From Octopus bimaculoides (lineage: Eukaryota): a stretch of 63,889 nt of DNA. Under the pieces are notes generated by a model. That model made no database searches, was not told the DNA's origin, and saw nothing but the letters and a program-made list of their open reading frames with translations. Both the position numbers and the translations under genes were made by a program. The stretch spans positions 57,723,240-57,787,128 of the forward strand of contig NC_068981.1 of NCBI RefSeq assembly GCF_001194135.2. The letters are read 5' to 3'. Of this stretch, positions 52,473 through 63,889 are shown one piece after another. Position 1 is the stretch's first letter, and every line of letters starts with the position of its first letter.

Positions 52473-53210
52473 CTGCTGTTTGACCCTAACTGGAGCTCTT
52501 GGCAGGTATTATAATCCCTGGTCACAGCCAACCTGGGGATCGAGACAACAGGCAACTAAGAAGTAACTTCATATTCTTCAAAACACACTCCTCTTTATCG
52601 GGTCCTATTATGCTAATAAATTTTGAATTTTAACTTTTGAATTGCCAATTGTTATACATCACCATTTTCTATTACTTTTATAATTTAATATTTACCCATG
52701 TAATTTGCAAAGCTTTTTTCTCTGCAAAATTGGGTATTTGACTGTGGAGCCAGTGAAAAATTGGATTTTTTTCATCCCCATATATATATATATATATACA
52801 CATACACACACACACACATACACATCATCGATTCATATCATGCATCCTTACTTGGGGAACTGCTCCCTACACACATAGACCAATCCCCTGGTGCACCCTA
52901 TCTTTTTGGCTCTCTTGCAAACAAACATTCTCATATCTTTCTTCTGCATTGATAGTTACATATATTCAAGTTAGAAAATGTCTAAACTCTTCAACAGGAA
53001 AAATCTGTTGGTATATGTAAAAGAAATAAGGTTTACATAAGTTATTCCCATGCATGCCCTGGGCAAGACAAAAATCTGAATCTGATAAAGAGGAGTGTGT
53101 TTTGAAGAATATGAAGTTACTTCTTAGTTGCCAGTTACCACGATTCCCAGGTTGGCTCTGGCCAGGGATTATAATACCTGCCAAGAGCTCCAGTTAAGGT
53201 CAAACAGCAG
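52473..53210. repeat. Inverted repeat, about 127-bp arms with about 485-bp spacer
   Basis: 52473-52599 versus the reverse complement of 53084-53210; over 90% identity by eye. Confidence 0.88.
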
Positions 53211-54500
53211 ATGGGCCAGTGGCTAAAGCCTTGGAAAAGGGCTGGCCCTTAGGTATTTGTCATATAGGCCCACCACTGTGTAGACATGCCCTAATATAAC
53301 AAGCATCCTTGCTTAAGGTCCAAATAGGTCCTATGCCTAAAGCTTAAGCTTGGAAGAGTAGGAGACTAGCAAAGTCAACTGTAAATTAACCAGTAAAAAT
53401 TGACAGAAAACCACTATTGCATCTTTCCCAAGAAAAATCCTGGATCTTCAGACTTTGGCATGGTGGCCAATCAAGAACATCTGAAGGTATGGTACATGAA
53501 GAAAGAGATTGCATACAAGCACATGTTGGACGGCAATAGCCTTTCACATCTCTTAACACAAGTTGGACTTCTAATGCTCGTTGTTAGTATTAACTTGCAA
53601 CAATAGTAACACTTTCCATGTCTAAATATTAAGCATTTAAAAACTGTTGAAAACACCAAATTTTCTTCAGCACATTTGAACTAATATGATTTCTAAGGTT
53701 ATTAATGTTAAAGTCTTTCTTGAGCGTCAGGGAGTAGGTTGTCTGTTTTACCACTGTTAATGTAAGACAACTGTTCAAAGGTATCTTAATACCAAAATAG
53801 TATGTGTATTTTTTTTGTTTGCTTGTTTTTTGTATATCTTTTAGTCAGAACAGAAGAGAAGTACCTATCACCCTTTGCACAGTCTCTGACAAAGAAAGGT
53901 ATCTTCAAACCAGAGACCTGATCCAAATGCTTGCAATAAACTGGATGCTACTATAGGCACCCAAGGGACAACTGATGGTGTTAAACTAGGCAATGGATTG
54001 TCTAACACCCAAGTAGGTCACAGAGAGTTTTAAACTCAGAATGCAAAGAACGAGAACAAACACAGCTTGGCATCTCTCATGCTGTTTCTGCCAGTCCACA
54101 TTCCAGAAAAATGGACAAAGTTGATTTTGCTGGGAATTGAACTCAGAATAAAAAGTGCCAGAATAAACATGGAGCTTGCAAATGTTATAGAAAAAATATG
54201 ATGAGAGCAACATCAATGAAGGTAAATTTTGCTTTGAGAGCATGTATTTCAAATAGAACATTATGTGACTGATCTCAAGCAGGAATAGCAAACTCTCTGT
54301 TAGATAACTATCTTAAATTTCATTCTGTTATATCTTCATCATCTTATTTATGTTCACTGGACATTCTATTTGACTGGCAGCAGGAGTAACCAGTTTGACA
54401 TTAATTTTAAAATGTTTGTATTCAAATATTCATAAACAGTGACTTGTGTTAGTACAGAACAAAAGATGAAGCTAGAAAATGATTTTCCTTGAGTAATTAC

Positions 54501-54653
54501 CATAAATGGAGTTTGGTGTCCAAGAGCGAGAAGACGCAACCCTAGTCCATGGAGAATATTTATCATTCCAGATACACCAGCATATTTTCCAAAGGCAACC
54601 AACCTTTGACCTTTACTGTCTAGTATTCTTTCATAATCAATGAGACGAATATT
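54501..54653 (-). CDS. AASS: AASS coding exon 3 (NIRLIDYE...GHQTPFM, 51 codons)
   Basis: 153 nt, phase 0/0, TCTAG acceptor, GTAATT donor. Motif [27 protein letters not shown]. Confidence 0.96.
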
Positions 54654-54990
54654 CTAGAAATTAAAAAGAAAATGGAAATTTATCTAAAAGAAATAATTAA
54701 AAGTATAATATAAAATAATAGAGACATCCCTATGACTTTATGGGTTACTGGTCTTTCTTTAAAACTGTAATCCCTTGCAAGTAGAAAAAGCTTTATTTTA
54801 GAGAAAGATGAATGGTTTAACCAATTGATAGAAGCACTTTTATGAGCAATAAGAATTATATTTACAGATGGAATTATATTTACAATGGAGACAAATGATG
54901 AATTAATTCTGCTTTTATATGAAATGATAATTAATTCATTTGCTTCAAATAGAAGGTAATGTTTTTTCAATTTGGGGAGTAAATAATTAT

Positions 54991-55221
54991 TTAACCCTTT
55001 AGCAATCACATTATTCTATCAAAAGTAGTGCTTATTTATTCATATTATTTTGAATTAATTAATCATGCATTTTCATGTAGCTATGAGATTTTGATGAGGT
55101 AACTGTTAATTTCTAGAATGATATTGTAGGGTTGGTGTGAGAGGCCAGATCTGGCCAGTTTGAGCATAAAACAAGTGGAATATTTTGCCGGATATAGCTG
55201 GTTTAAATGCTGAAGGGTTAA
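54991..55221. mobile_element. piggyBac-type MITE (TTAA target duplication, CCCTT...AAGGG ends)
   Basis: TTAA|CCCTTTAGCA...TGCTGAAGGG|TTAA; about 40 bp from the donor of coding exon 2. Confidence 0.85.
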
Positions 55222-55259
55222 ACATTCGAGTTCTTAAAGTTGCTATTTAAAAAACTTAC

Positions 55260-55436
55260 CTTTTCTAAAAGAGCATCCAAGAGAGGCATATTTTCTTCCT
55301 GAGCTTTGATAGTATGTGAGAAGAAAGCATATGTCTTATCTGGCAAAAGTAAATCTATTGGAATTTGTTTCACACCAAGAATCAAGCTAGCCTCATTGAT
55401 TTCTTCTTGGTAATCAGCACCAACCTGTACATATTC
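55260..55436 (-). CDS. AASS: AASS coding exon 2 (EYVQVGAD...LDALLEK, 59 codons)
   Basis: 177 nt, phase 0/0, TTTTAG acceptor, GTAAG donor. Contains LGVKQ and FFSHTIKAQ (catalytic Lys/His region of LKR). Confidence 0.96.
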
Positions 55437-57319
55437 CTAAAAACAAACAAACAAATATTTGATGTTGCATAATTGCATAAATGAATTAAGGAATGCATGT
55501 ATTTTCCTGTAACATGGAGTGTATGTAGATTAAAATGTTATTCATTAATCACAATTTTAAATCTAATCTTAACAATGTGATCAAAGAGTGATTGCTGTGA
55601 TGCTTGGTACTAGCACACATTACATAAAAAAATAGCATTAATATTAGATGTTATTCTTAATGAAAGAACGTAACATCTACAATGTCATTCAAGCACTGTG
55701 GCCTAAATTCACAACTCTAGTGCTTTAATCACAAAGCTATTGTGAAATGCACATGCACACACAGATGGATCAAAACACACATATACAAACAAACAAAAAG
55801 AGAGGTGGGTAGCTCATGTTCTTTATATTCCAGTTCATGGCAAAATAAGGATAATATTGTGAATCCTTATCGTCACCATCATTTAACGTCTGTATTTCAT
55901 ACTGGATATGTTCAACAGAATCTGATGAGCCAAAGGACTTGCATTGAGCTCCAATGCATGCTTTGGCATGGTTTCAACAGCATAATGTCCTTCCTAATGC
56001 CAACTACTTTACAGAGTGTACTTGATGGTTTTTTTTTTCCACAGTACCAGCATTAGTGAGGTCACTATATTAGTTGCAAAACAAGACCCCTTAACAGAGT
56101 GGGGTTACAATATTGAAAGAGAGGGCTTTGTGCAGTGCTGAGAGGTTAAGAGGGACAGAAACTGGTGCCTTGCTGTAGAGGAGATACATAGCTACTCCAA
56201 TAGGAAAGAGAGAAAGGATGGTGGAGAAGAGGTGTCAGGACATACTCTCAAAACATGAGATGAATAAAAATAGAATAGAGATACAGAATCAAAGATAGTT
56301 GGTTAGGGAAGTTTGTAAGAGAGTGAAAGGAGAATGACAAATGGTAGGGATGAAGATAGAAGTGAGTGAAGTGAATGGTGAATATGGTGGGGCAGATGCA
56401 TTGCATCTTACAGAAGTATCTCCTACCATAGCTGCAGGTAAACCAAAGCCTTGTAAGTGGATTTGGTAGACAGAAAATGTAAGACATCCATTATGATTGT
56501 GTGGGGAGGAGGGGGAGAGATAAAGAGAATATGTTTGTGTCACCTTGTCTTGACATCATGTGATAGTTTGCTATCATATATGTGGTGTCATTCATTTCTA
56601 ATATTCTGTAAAATCATGTCTGGCAATGGGGAGGTTGTGTTTTGAGAGAGATTTGGCTACTTTTCTAGTTAGTCAAGGAATATTATAGAAACTCCATCCT
56701 TGTCTTACTGTTGTATAATGAAGGCTACTTCTCATGATGATGACTATCTTTAGAATACAATTCAATGTAGAATATGTAATGAGTAAAGGCATTTTTTGTG
56801 CATTGCTGGATCTAGAAGGGCAGTGAACATGACATCTGCAGATCCCTCAGGACCAATGAGATTGATGTCATTAACATTCTACTTAAACTATGGCAAGTCA
56901 ATATTGCAGGACCAAGGTTTTGAGGAGAAAGTACTAGGTGTAGCTGTTAGTGTAGAACTGGGAGAGGGGGGATACAACAGGAGGTGAGGTGTTTGAGTGG
57001 CAGTGTGAGTGTTTGAGTGGATGTAGCACAAGAATAGCCAGCTCTAGGGAACAGAGGTTATTATTAGTCAAGTAGAGAGGAGACAGAAAGTCTACTTACT
57101 AGAGGTTGGAGTGTCTCTAAGTGAGTTTATGGCAATCAGTTGGGATACAGTCTAGGATGGCTATGTGTGATGCAACAACAGCATCCCATATGTAGGGAAA
57201 ATACTCTTATGTGGACTATACTTTGTAGAGTGTCAGTAACTGTTGGGAGGGTGGGAGGTCTGAAGTATTTTCTGATTTAGAAGAGAAGGGTCAATCTTTG
57301 GGATGTAGACCTAGCTATG

Positions 57320-57547
57320 TTAACCCTTTAGCATTCAGATTATTTTGTCAAATGTATTGCTTATTTATTCACGTTGTTTGGAATTCATTATGCATTATCT
57401 CATTGCTTTGAAATTTTGATGATATGATTGATTATTTTTTAGAATGACATTGTAAAATAGTGTGAGAGTCCAGATCCAGCTGATATGGACATAAAACAGG
57501 TAGAATATTTGAGCCTGATATGGCCGGTTTAAATGCTAAAGGGTTAA
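57320..57547. mobile_element. piggyBac-type MITE, same family
   Basis: TTAA|CCCTTTAGCATT...AATGCTAAAGGG|TTAA. Confidence 0.88.
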
Positions 57548-57559
57548 GGTGCTTTCATT

Positions 57560-58000
57560 AGGAAAGATCTTTGGTAATAGCAATGCCTAATATTTGGAGT
57601 GACTGCAGGAGTTCCATTTGTGTACTACTCATAGTTGAAGGGAATGTGGTGTGATAATGTCTTTTTGATATGAGTGGTGCTCATGCATTTTATTGCCATT
57701 GAAAGAGACATTGGCATGGCCCAAATGAAAGCTGCTTTTCAGGACTCTGTTTATGGAGGTTTGACACAATCAATGATGCATGGCTGGGGAAAGTTAGGGA
57801 AGAATGAAGGGTCATGTCATCTGCATAAAAATGGATGTTGTTGGATGTGATACTAAGTAGGTTACTGATGTGTAGAAAGAAGAGAATGGAGAATAAATCA
57901 AAACCCTGGGAGTATGCAACACAAAAGCTAGAAAACACCATTATTAACGGCTGTTTCCGTTACTTTTGAGTAGTGAGTGTAATAGGATGATAGTTGGCAT
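57560..58000 (-). mobile_element. Jockey/CR1/L2-like LINE RT fragment
   Basis: QGFDLFSILFFLHISNLLSITSNNIHFYADDMTLH resembles the PQGS...LFINDL...YADD motif. Confidence 0.7.
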
Positions 58001-58365
58001 GGTCAGGGAGTTGTCTTTCTTGAGAATAGGACACACTGTAATTCCAAAAGATCAGCAAATATCCTGAGTGAGTGAATGAGAGGGAGAGAGAGAGAGATTA
58101 AAGCATTTGATGCATACAGAGTAAACCCCAAGGTGTAATGGAAGACATGCTGTCAAAACTGGAGGTTGTTGTGAAGTGATTGGGGGTGCACTGTTCTAGG
58201 TTTCAAAACTATATTCTAGTGTAAGGTACATTTAAGCTGTGTATACAGTTAGCTTTGTTCAAGGATAATTGGGCGTTTTTGGCTTTGAAAAGGAAACTAG
58301 CCCTTTTTTGCTGATTTCATAGCTATACAAAGAATATGTAGTCACTATAAACATTGAGAACTTAC

Positions 58366-58587
58366 CATCATACTGTACGCCCTACGATTTGAAGGTTGTA
58401 CAATGACTTTGATACCATCTTTCACAAGTTGTTTTACATGTGCTGGAGACAGGGGGGCTCTTCTTTCCCAAACATTAACATCTTCTCTACGAATAGCTAG
58501 AACCCTTCTTTTGTCGCCAAAATATCGTTGACTCACTATACGTAAAGATGGAAACTTATGCAACTTTGAAAGGGATGCCGACCACAT
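58366..58587 (-). CDS. AASS: AASS coding exon 1 (74 codons, MWSASLSK...RRAYSMM); N-terminus looks like a mitochondrial transit peptide
   Basis: ATG at 58587; AG acceptor at 58600-58599 (11 nt of UTR); GTAAG donor after 58366. Motif [20 protein letters not shown]. The leader is rich in S/R/K/L and has no acidic residues before SQRYF. Confidence 0.95.
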
Positions 58588-61500
58588 GTTAGTAGAGTCT
58601 GAAAATAAAATTAAAAGTAATGTGATGATACTGATTAAGAATAAACTATTTGAACTAACTAAAATGACTTCTCTTTCCAGGAAAATAGTAAAATAAATAT
58701 GAAAAGATATTGTTAATAATATACTGTTGAATTTATACATATTTATTTGCTTGTTAAATATGAGAAAGGGAAGAATTATATAGAGCAACATGTAAAATAA
58801 CTTCAACAATATTTTTAATTCTTACATCAAGTCTTGTATTACTGTAGTTAGTTTTATACTTCATGTTTCTGAGTTCAAAATCCACACAAGATTCATCGTT
58901 GCTTTTCATTAACAAAATGAGTGCTATACTGTACTAGGATACATTCAGATTGATTATGTCGTCTCCTGCACAAAATAGCTTTTCAGTAAGTTGAAAGAGA
59001 TCAATATTTAAACCAAACACCTTCACTTTGTACAACTTTCCAAGCACATTAAACCACTTTCATAGTGATCAGTAGAAGCAGAAAAGAAAAACTAATAGTA
59101 GCACTTTTTTTTAAAAATGTATTACAGTTCATAGTACAATTGAGAAAACTATGAAGGTCACCAAAATTCTTTCTTCAGAGCAATGTGAATTTATATTCAC
59201 TGCTGGTGTTTCATTTAGCTTCTGAAAAAAGCACTTCATTCTAAAGTGCTCTGTTCACTTAGCTATTGCTAATATATAATAGGGATCATCTGGACATGTT
59301 ATTTGAGATAAGGTAGTATCCCATCCTAGAAGAGATTTATCTCTCAACTTTTTAATGTCATGAAACCAGAGCTTAGCAGCAACCTTTATAAGACCACTGC
59401 AGTTAAAAAGGCATTTAATTTTACAGGTTAGTATTGCAGCAATATGTGCCTTGACTTCCAATGTACATTACAGAAGAATCCTATGTTTGCCAAGATAATC
59501 CTTTCTACTAAAGGAACAAGGCCTGAAAGTTTGCAGAAGCAGGAATAGTCAATTTGATCGACTCCCCATCCCCATGCTCAACTAGTACTTACTACAATCA
59601 ACTCTGAAAGGATGAAAGGCAACGTCAACCTTGGCAGCATTTCAGCTTAGAATGTAAAGACAGGTGAAATGTTGCTAAGCATTTTGTTCAGCATGGTGAC
59701 AATTCTGCCAGCTCACCACCACTACTGTTACTAATAATAAAAGATAATGATGATGATGAAAACAAACCTTAATGATGGACTAATGTATGAATATTGTTGG
59801 TTAAGCTGATGCCACACTAAAAGATAAGGTTAAGTTCACAAATATGTTAGTGAGAAGAATGTTGTTTGATAGTTAATGTACTCTTGTTTTCCACAGTACA
59901 TCCTATTGCATGAATCAGGCATGGGTATTATAACGTGGACTGGTAAAACAAATTATATACAGTTTTGATGACACACCAAGGAGAGGTGAATATCACTTGG
60001 AAAGATAAGGTCATCCAAGCTAACTGGCATGAAAGAAACACTCGTGTAACGAAACCTCTACTGAGCGGGAACGCCCCAAAAGAAGAGAAATCTCGGTTAC
60101 AAAGATGAAAACTTTTGTCTCACAGCTGGCTAATGGGACGTGAAATCAAGGTAGAACCTGTCTGAGCTTACAAGAATGTAGTTAATCAGAGATGAAGCAG
60201 TTCGGGAAACAAACCTGAGGAGGAGATCAATCAATAATTCACTTATAAAATACTAAGATAAGAAACGTCGATTTCGATAGAAAGCTTGAAATAATGGATA
60301 GGTTGGGTGGGTTTTCTGGCCAGTCAAACGAAGTTTTTTTTTTTTTTTTTTTTTGCAAATGCTGATCAAACGAGTTATACAGAATCAATGATACGCATGT
60401 AACTATGTAATAAAATATTTTATAACTCAATTCAAAATTACAATAAAGTACAGTGGACACATAAGATTCTAGTTATGTGTTCTTTTGCAAGAACTAGTAG
60501 TATATGCAATCTATTAAAAACTCAATATTCTTTCCTTTCTGAAGATGTATACAAGTTGCCATCAATATGAGAGCTTTTTCAAGATGTGCTGTTATTTTTT
60601 AACTTCAGTGTCTCTATAACTACTGGATAAAAAAAATCACATCTGAATTACTGAGAAAAGAAATTGTTAAAAAAATAATAGCATAGTGTTTGATCAATCA
60701 TAGATCTATGTGATAACGTAGTAGTGGTGATAAATAAGTCGTAGAAATGAGAGAAATTAAATAACTTTCAATTCCTGAAAATGAAGTGGGGAAAAACAAC
60801 TTGCAATAAGAAATAACGAATCTTTCATTTTGCTTTAAACACACAGCACGGTGGTACTACAATTTGCGGTATATCATGCAGAATAATAAACCAGTCGTGT
60901 TGTTACAACGTAAACCAACGTGTTAAGTGATAACACAACAAAAAAGATGAGAAAAAAAAAAAAAAGAGACGAAACCTTATAAAACGTGGAGTGTCCATTA
61001 GTTTAAGGGTGAAACCGTAAAGTGTGAAGTGCATGTACACTTAATGTATAAAAGCAGGAGATTGGATAGATGTATCATTATTTTAATCTTGTACAAGAAA
61101 AGAATATTAAGAAAAATATTCCTTCAATGTAAACATTTTTTAAAAGATTTAGTTAGATAACGCTTCTTGCTTTTGTCTTATCTATACTTTATTTTCTTTA
61201 CTTTCTCTCATGTTATTCGTAAATAACATATTCTTTATTAATCAATATTAAGTTGGTTATTAATCATATAAATTAAAATAAACAATTTCAGTATATAAAA
61301 AGATAATTGAAAATGTAAAGAGTGTAAATCAAGAAATTAATTTTTCTTTATTTTTACAGCCAAATTCTTTTTCTGTTTATCCACGAGATAAAAAAAAATA
61401 TTACAATCTTTGTGTATTAATAATTTCTTATAACATTTAGATCTTAACATGCAATGTAATAGCAACTGATAACGCAATATCAATAACAACACACTGAATG

Positions 61501-62635
61501 CTGTTACAGTATCGGAAAATTCCATCTGTGTATACGTAGCAATACGACAGAAAGAAATGTTTGGCTTACACATTCATAACCAAAATGAATCATGGAAAAA
61601 TATGTTAGTGTAAGACGTGGAGGTGACCCTATTGTCTGTACCTGACCTTAATCGTGGTATTTACTTGAGTAAAAACAATACAAAACTAAAACTATAGAAC
61701 ACGAACGGTTACTGAGGAATATGAATATCACGATTGCTGAGAAAACAGCATTAAAAAATTAACAGATAGCGAGAGAAAAGCATGTGAGTGGGGTGCGGGT
61801 TAATACGGAAATTTAATGTTAGCTCTTTTTAGGCTTAAAAATATATCCCTTTGAAAATAAACAGGAATTGTGCATGTTGGAAATCACTGTTGAAACGTGC
61901 AACATTGTGCTTATGATAAAAGTCCATATTGAAACGGATTTCTCATCTCCCTCATCTTCGGCATGCTTAAAAAGTACTGAATGGTGTACAGATAGATGGA
62001 AATACAGAAAATTTAAATATCCATAAACGTTGCACATATCTTGTGCAACATTTGAAACTAAATTTCAATCTATTTAATCTATTTCAAACTCTTCCAATAC
62101 ACTAATAAAATACAAAATGATTTTAGATGTGGTTAAAGCCTCAAGCGATGCATATCCCAAATACATTAGCAGTTAATGTGAAACAGGTCTTCTATGGAGG
62201 AATCGACGTTACAACCCTACTGGATGGAAACAGGGGTGAAATATTTCGCTTTTGCCAACAACCAAGAGATGAGCCTCAAGGTGGTTTACTCGAGCAGTTA
62301 AAAATAGCAGCCAAACTTCACTCTGCCCATCGAAGAAAGAAAGACATGACACATTAAACAATGCAGGAGTTAAATGTACAAAAAGATGGAATTATCATCT
62401 TGGAACATTTCTGATAATAACTCTGCTCAGTCGGGACTAACCTTGGTCTAGAAAACAACATAGAAAACATTTTATTTACAAACACACAACATAAGATTTG
62501 AATACAGGTTTAGATACGGGAATGCTATACGATGAAAAACAAAAAAATAAATAAACAATCGATTATCAACATAGTTTAATTTTAGTGAATTGAGTGAGCT
62601 CGAACTATAAACAATTGAAAACATTTACAGCCTAC

Positions 62636-62730
62636 CTGGTGTTCAATACGTTGTAAACAGGAGTTCAGCAACTGAATGACTTGTATTGGATTTCTATTAT
62701 GCAATTTTCTAAGACGGCCACGTGGTTCAG
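62636..62730 (-). promoter_or_regulatory. Candidate AASS non-coding first exon / promoter region with E-box
   Basis: Coding exon 1 begins at a splice acceptor, so an upstream exon is required. There is an AG|GTAGG donor at 62636, CACGTG at 62719-62724 and locally more CpG. The 5' end is a guess. Confidence 0.25.
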
Positions 62731-63269
62731 AATTTCAGCTAATGGCAGAAGAGCAATATCACACACCTATGCTGCGAAATGTTGATGTTTTTAGGAAGCC
62801 GCATTGATAGTTATTACTGTATTTGTAGCGCTGGTCAGCTGTAATTCCTTTTTTAACGAAAAGGCATTACAGTCGTGACCATTTCATCTTATTTTCAGAT
62901 ATAAATATATGCGGGACTACTTTATTCTGATGCGTGTTCTTTTTTTCTTTCTTTTCTTTTTTTCTACAAGAAGATCGATTGGGATTTGAAGAAGATTTGG
63001 CTATTATTTTGTAGATCGAGAAACTACATAGCATGCCCGTCGCTAAGGGGATGCACTAGATGGCACTGCCCCCTCACTAGTCAATCGTGCGCCCTCAAAT
63101 TTACAGCGGTACCCTTATTTCGAAACTCTACGTTAGCATTATTACAAATTAGTGTCCACTGAAAATATTGTGAAGCATCCCCAGGTACAAAAGTCTGGCG
63201 ATGAGCCTGCTATGTGGAAGCTATTTTGTTGCATGCCACTTATAGATTGGAGATGGCAAACGTACATGT

Positions 63270-63502
63270 ATGGCGGTGAGCTGGCAGAAACGTTAGCAGA
63301 CTGGTCGAAATGCTTAGTGGTATTTCGTCTGCCGCTACGTTCTGAGTTCAAATTCCGCCGAGGTCGACTTTGCCTTTCAACCATTCGGGGTCGATTAAAT
63401 AAGTACCAGTTACGCACTGGGGTCGCTATAATCGACTTAATCTGTTTGTCTGTCCTTGTTTGTCCCATCTGTGTGTAGCCCCTTGTAGGCAGTAAAGAAA
63501 TA
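63270..63502 (+). repeat. CORE/MIR-like SINE
   Basis: GGCGGTGAGCTGGCAGAAAC...TGAGTTCAAATTCCGCCGAGGTCGACTTTGCCTTTC...AAGTACCAGT. Inverted copies at 4458-4674, about 34470-34660 and about 59560-59720. Confidence 0.8.
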
Positions 63503-63889
63503 AGACGTAAATGTATGGAATGAGATTATTCAACTTTTTAACTGTGATTTGACAAATACACACAAAATGCACGCACGAGCGTATATACATTTCTGTCATC
63601 ATCGCACTTGTCAAATAGAATCTGTAGAGACACATTTATTGCCAGATACCCTTCCTACTGCCAACCCTCACTGGTTAGACATGTTTTCATGGACAAGACT
63701 TCCTTTTGCACCCCACCAAAAACACCCCTTTTTTAATTTAATTTTTTATTTCTACACAAACCCCCGTTTTCGGCTACGGAGAATACGAATCTGCAAATAA
63801 ATTGGCAAAAATCGACATTTTGAAATCTCCCCACCACCATCACTAATCTCTTCATTTTTAACTTTTTTCAGAAATTTTTTTTTTTTTTT

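Larger units (their letters stand above)
1664..58598 (-). other. AASS: AASS gene body (partial; 11 coding exons in window, 3' part off the left edge)
   Basis: Spliced exons give one continuous frame resembling animal AASS as I recall it ([57 protein letters not shown]). All junctions are GT-AG with matching phases. Confidence 0.97.

Noticed and set aside
53400-53606. 68-aa plus-strand ORF as a nested gene
   Set aside because: No recognisable motif or splice support; possibly an old repeat remnant.
58588-58809. Upstream extension of the 154-aa ORF as a longer AASS N-terminus
   Set aside because: It is AT-rich intron sequence read through a clear acceptor at 58600-58599; the real start is most likely ATG 58587.
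60211-60275. CTGAGGA...GAAACGTC hammerhead-like pair
   Set aside because: Core motifs and the ACGT palindrome are present, but the bases flanking the core do not form stem II and stem I is poor. It could be a deleted remnant; not supportable here.

Overview
AT-rich, repeat-dense animal genomic DNA; the repeat families suggest an octopus/cephalopod (inference). The window holds the 5' two-thirds of one large minus-strand gene, AASS (bifunctional lysine-ketoglutarate reductase/saccharopine dehydrogenase). I reconstructed 11 coding exons (58587 down to 1664; 1552 nt, about 517 codons). All have GT-AG boundaries and consistent phases, and together they cover the whole LKR domain and the start of the SDH domain; the gene continues off the left edge. 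The introns contain a full-length decayed mariner, RTE-type and other LINE fragments, SINEs, TTAA-flanked piggyBac-type MITEs and Penelope-like (PLE) RT/GIY-YIG fragments. The most unusual structure is a ~770-bp head-to-head palindrome (8720-9490). It carries two copies of a type I hammerhead ribozyme with an ~50-bp stem II, each directly downstream of a short spliceosomal-type intron. The copy antisense to AASS keeps the full catalytic core; the sense copy is mutated. Other highlights: two more degenerate hammerhead-like motifs, a D-to-S change in the conserved SIDNxP motif of AASS, a candidate 21-nt microexon in the LKR-SDH linker, and several long intronic hairpins. All alignments and folds were done by eye; repeat boundaries are approximate.
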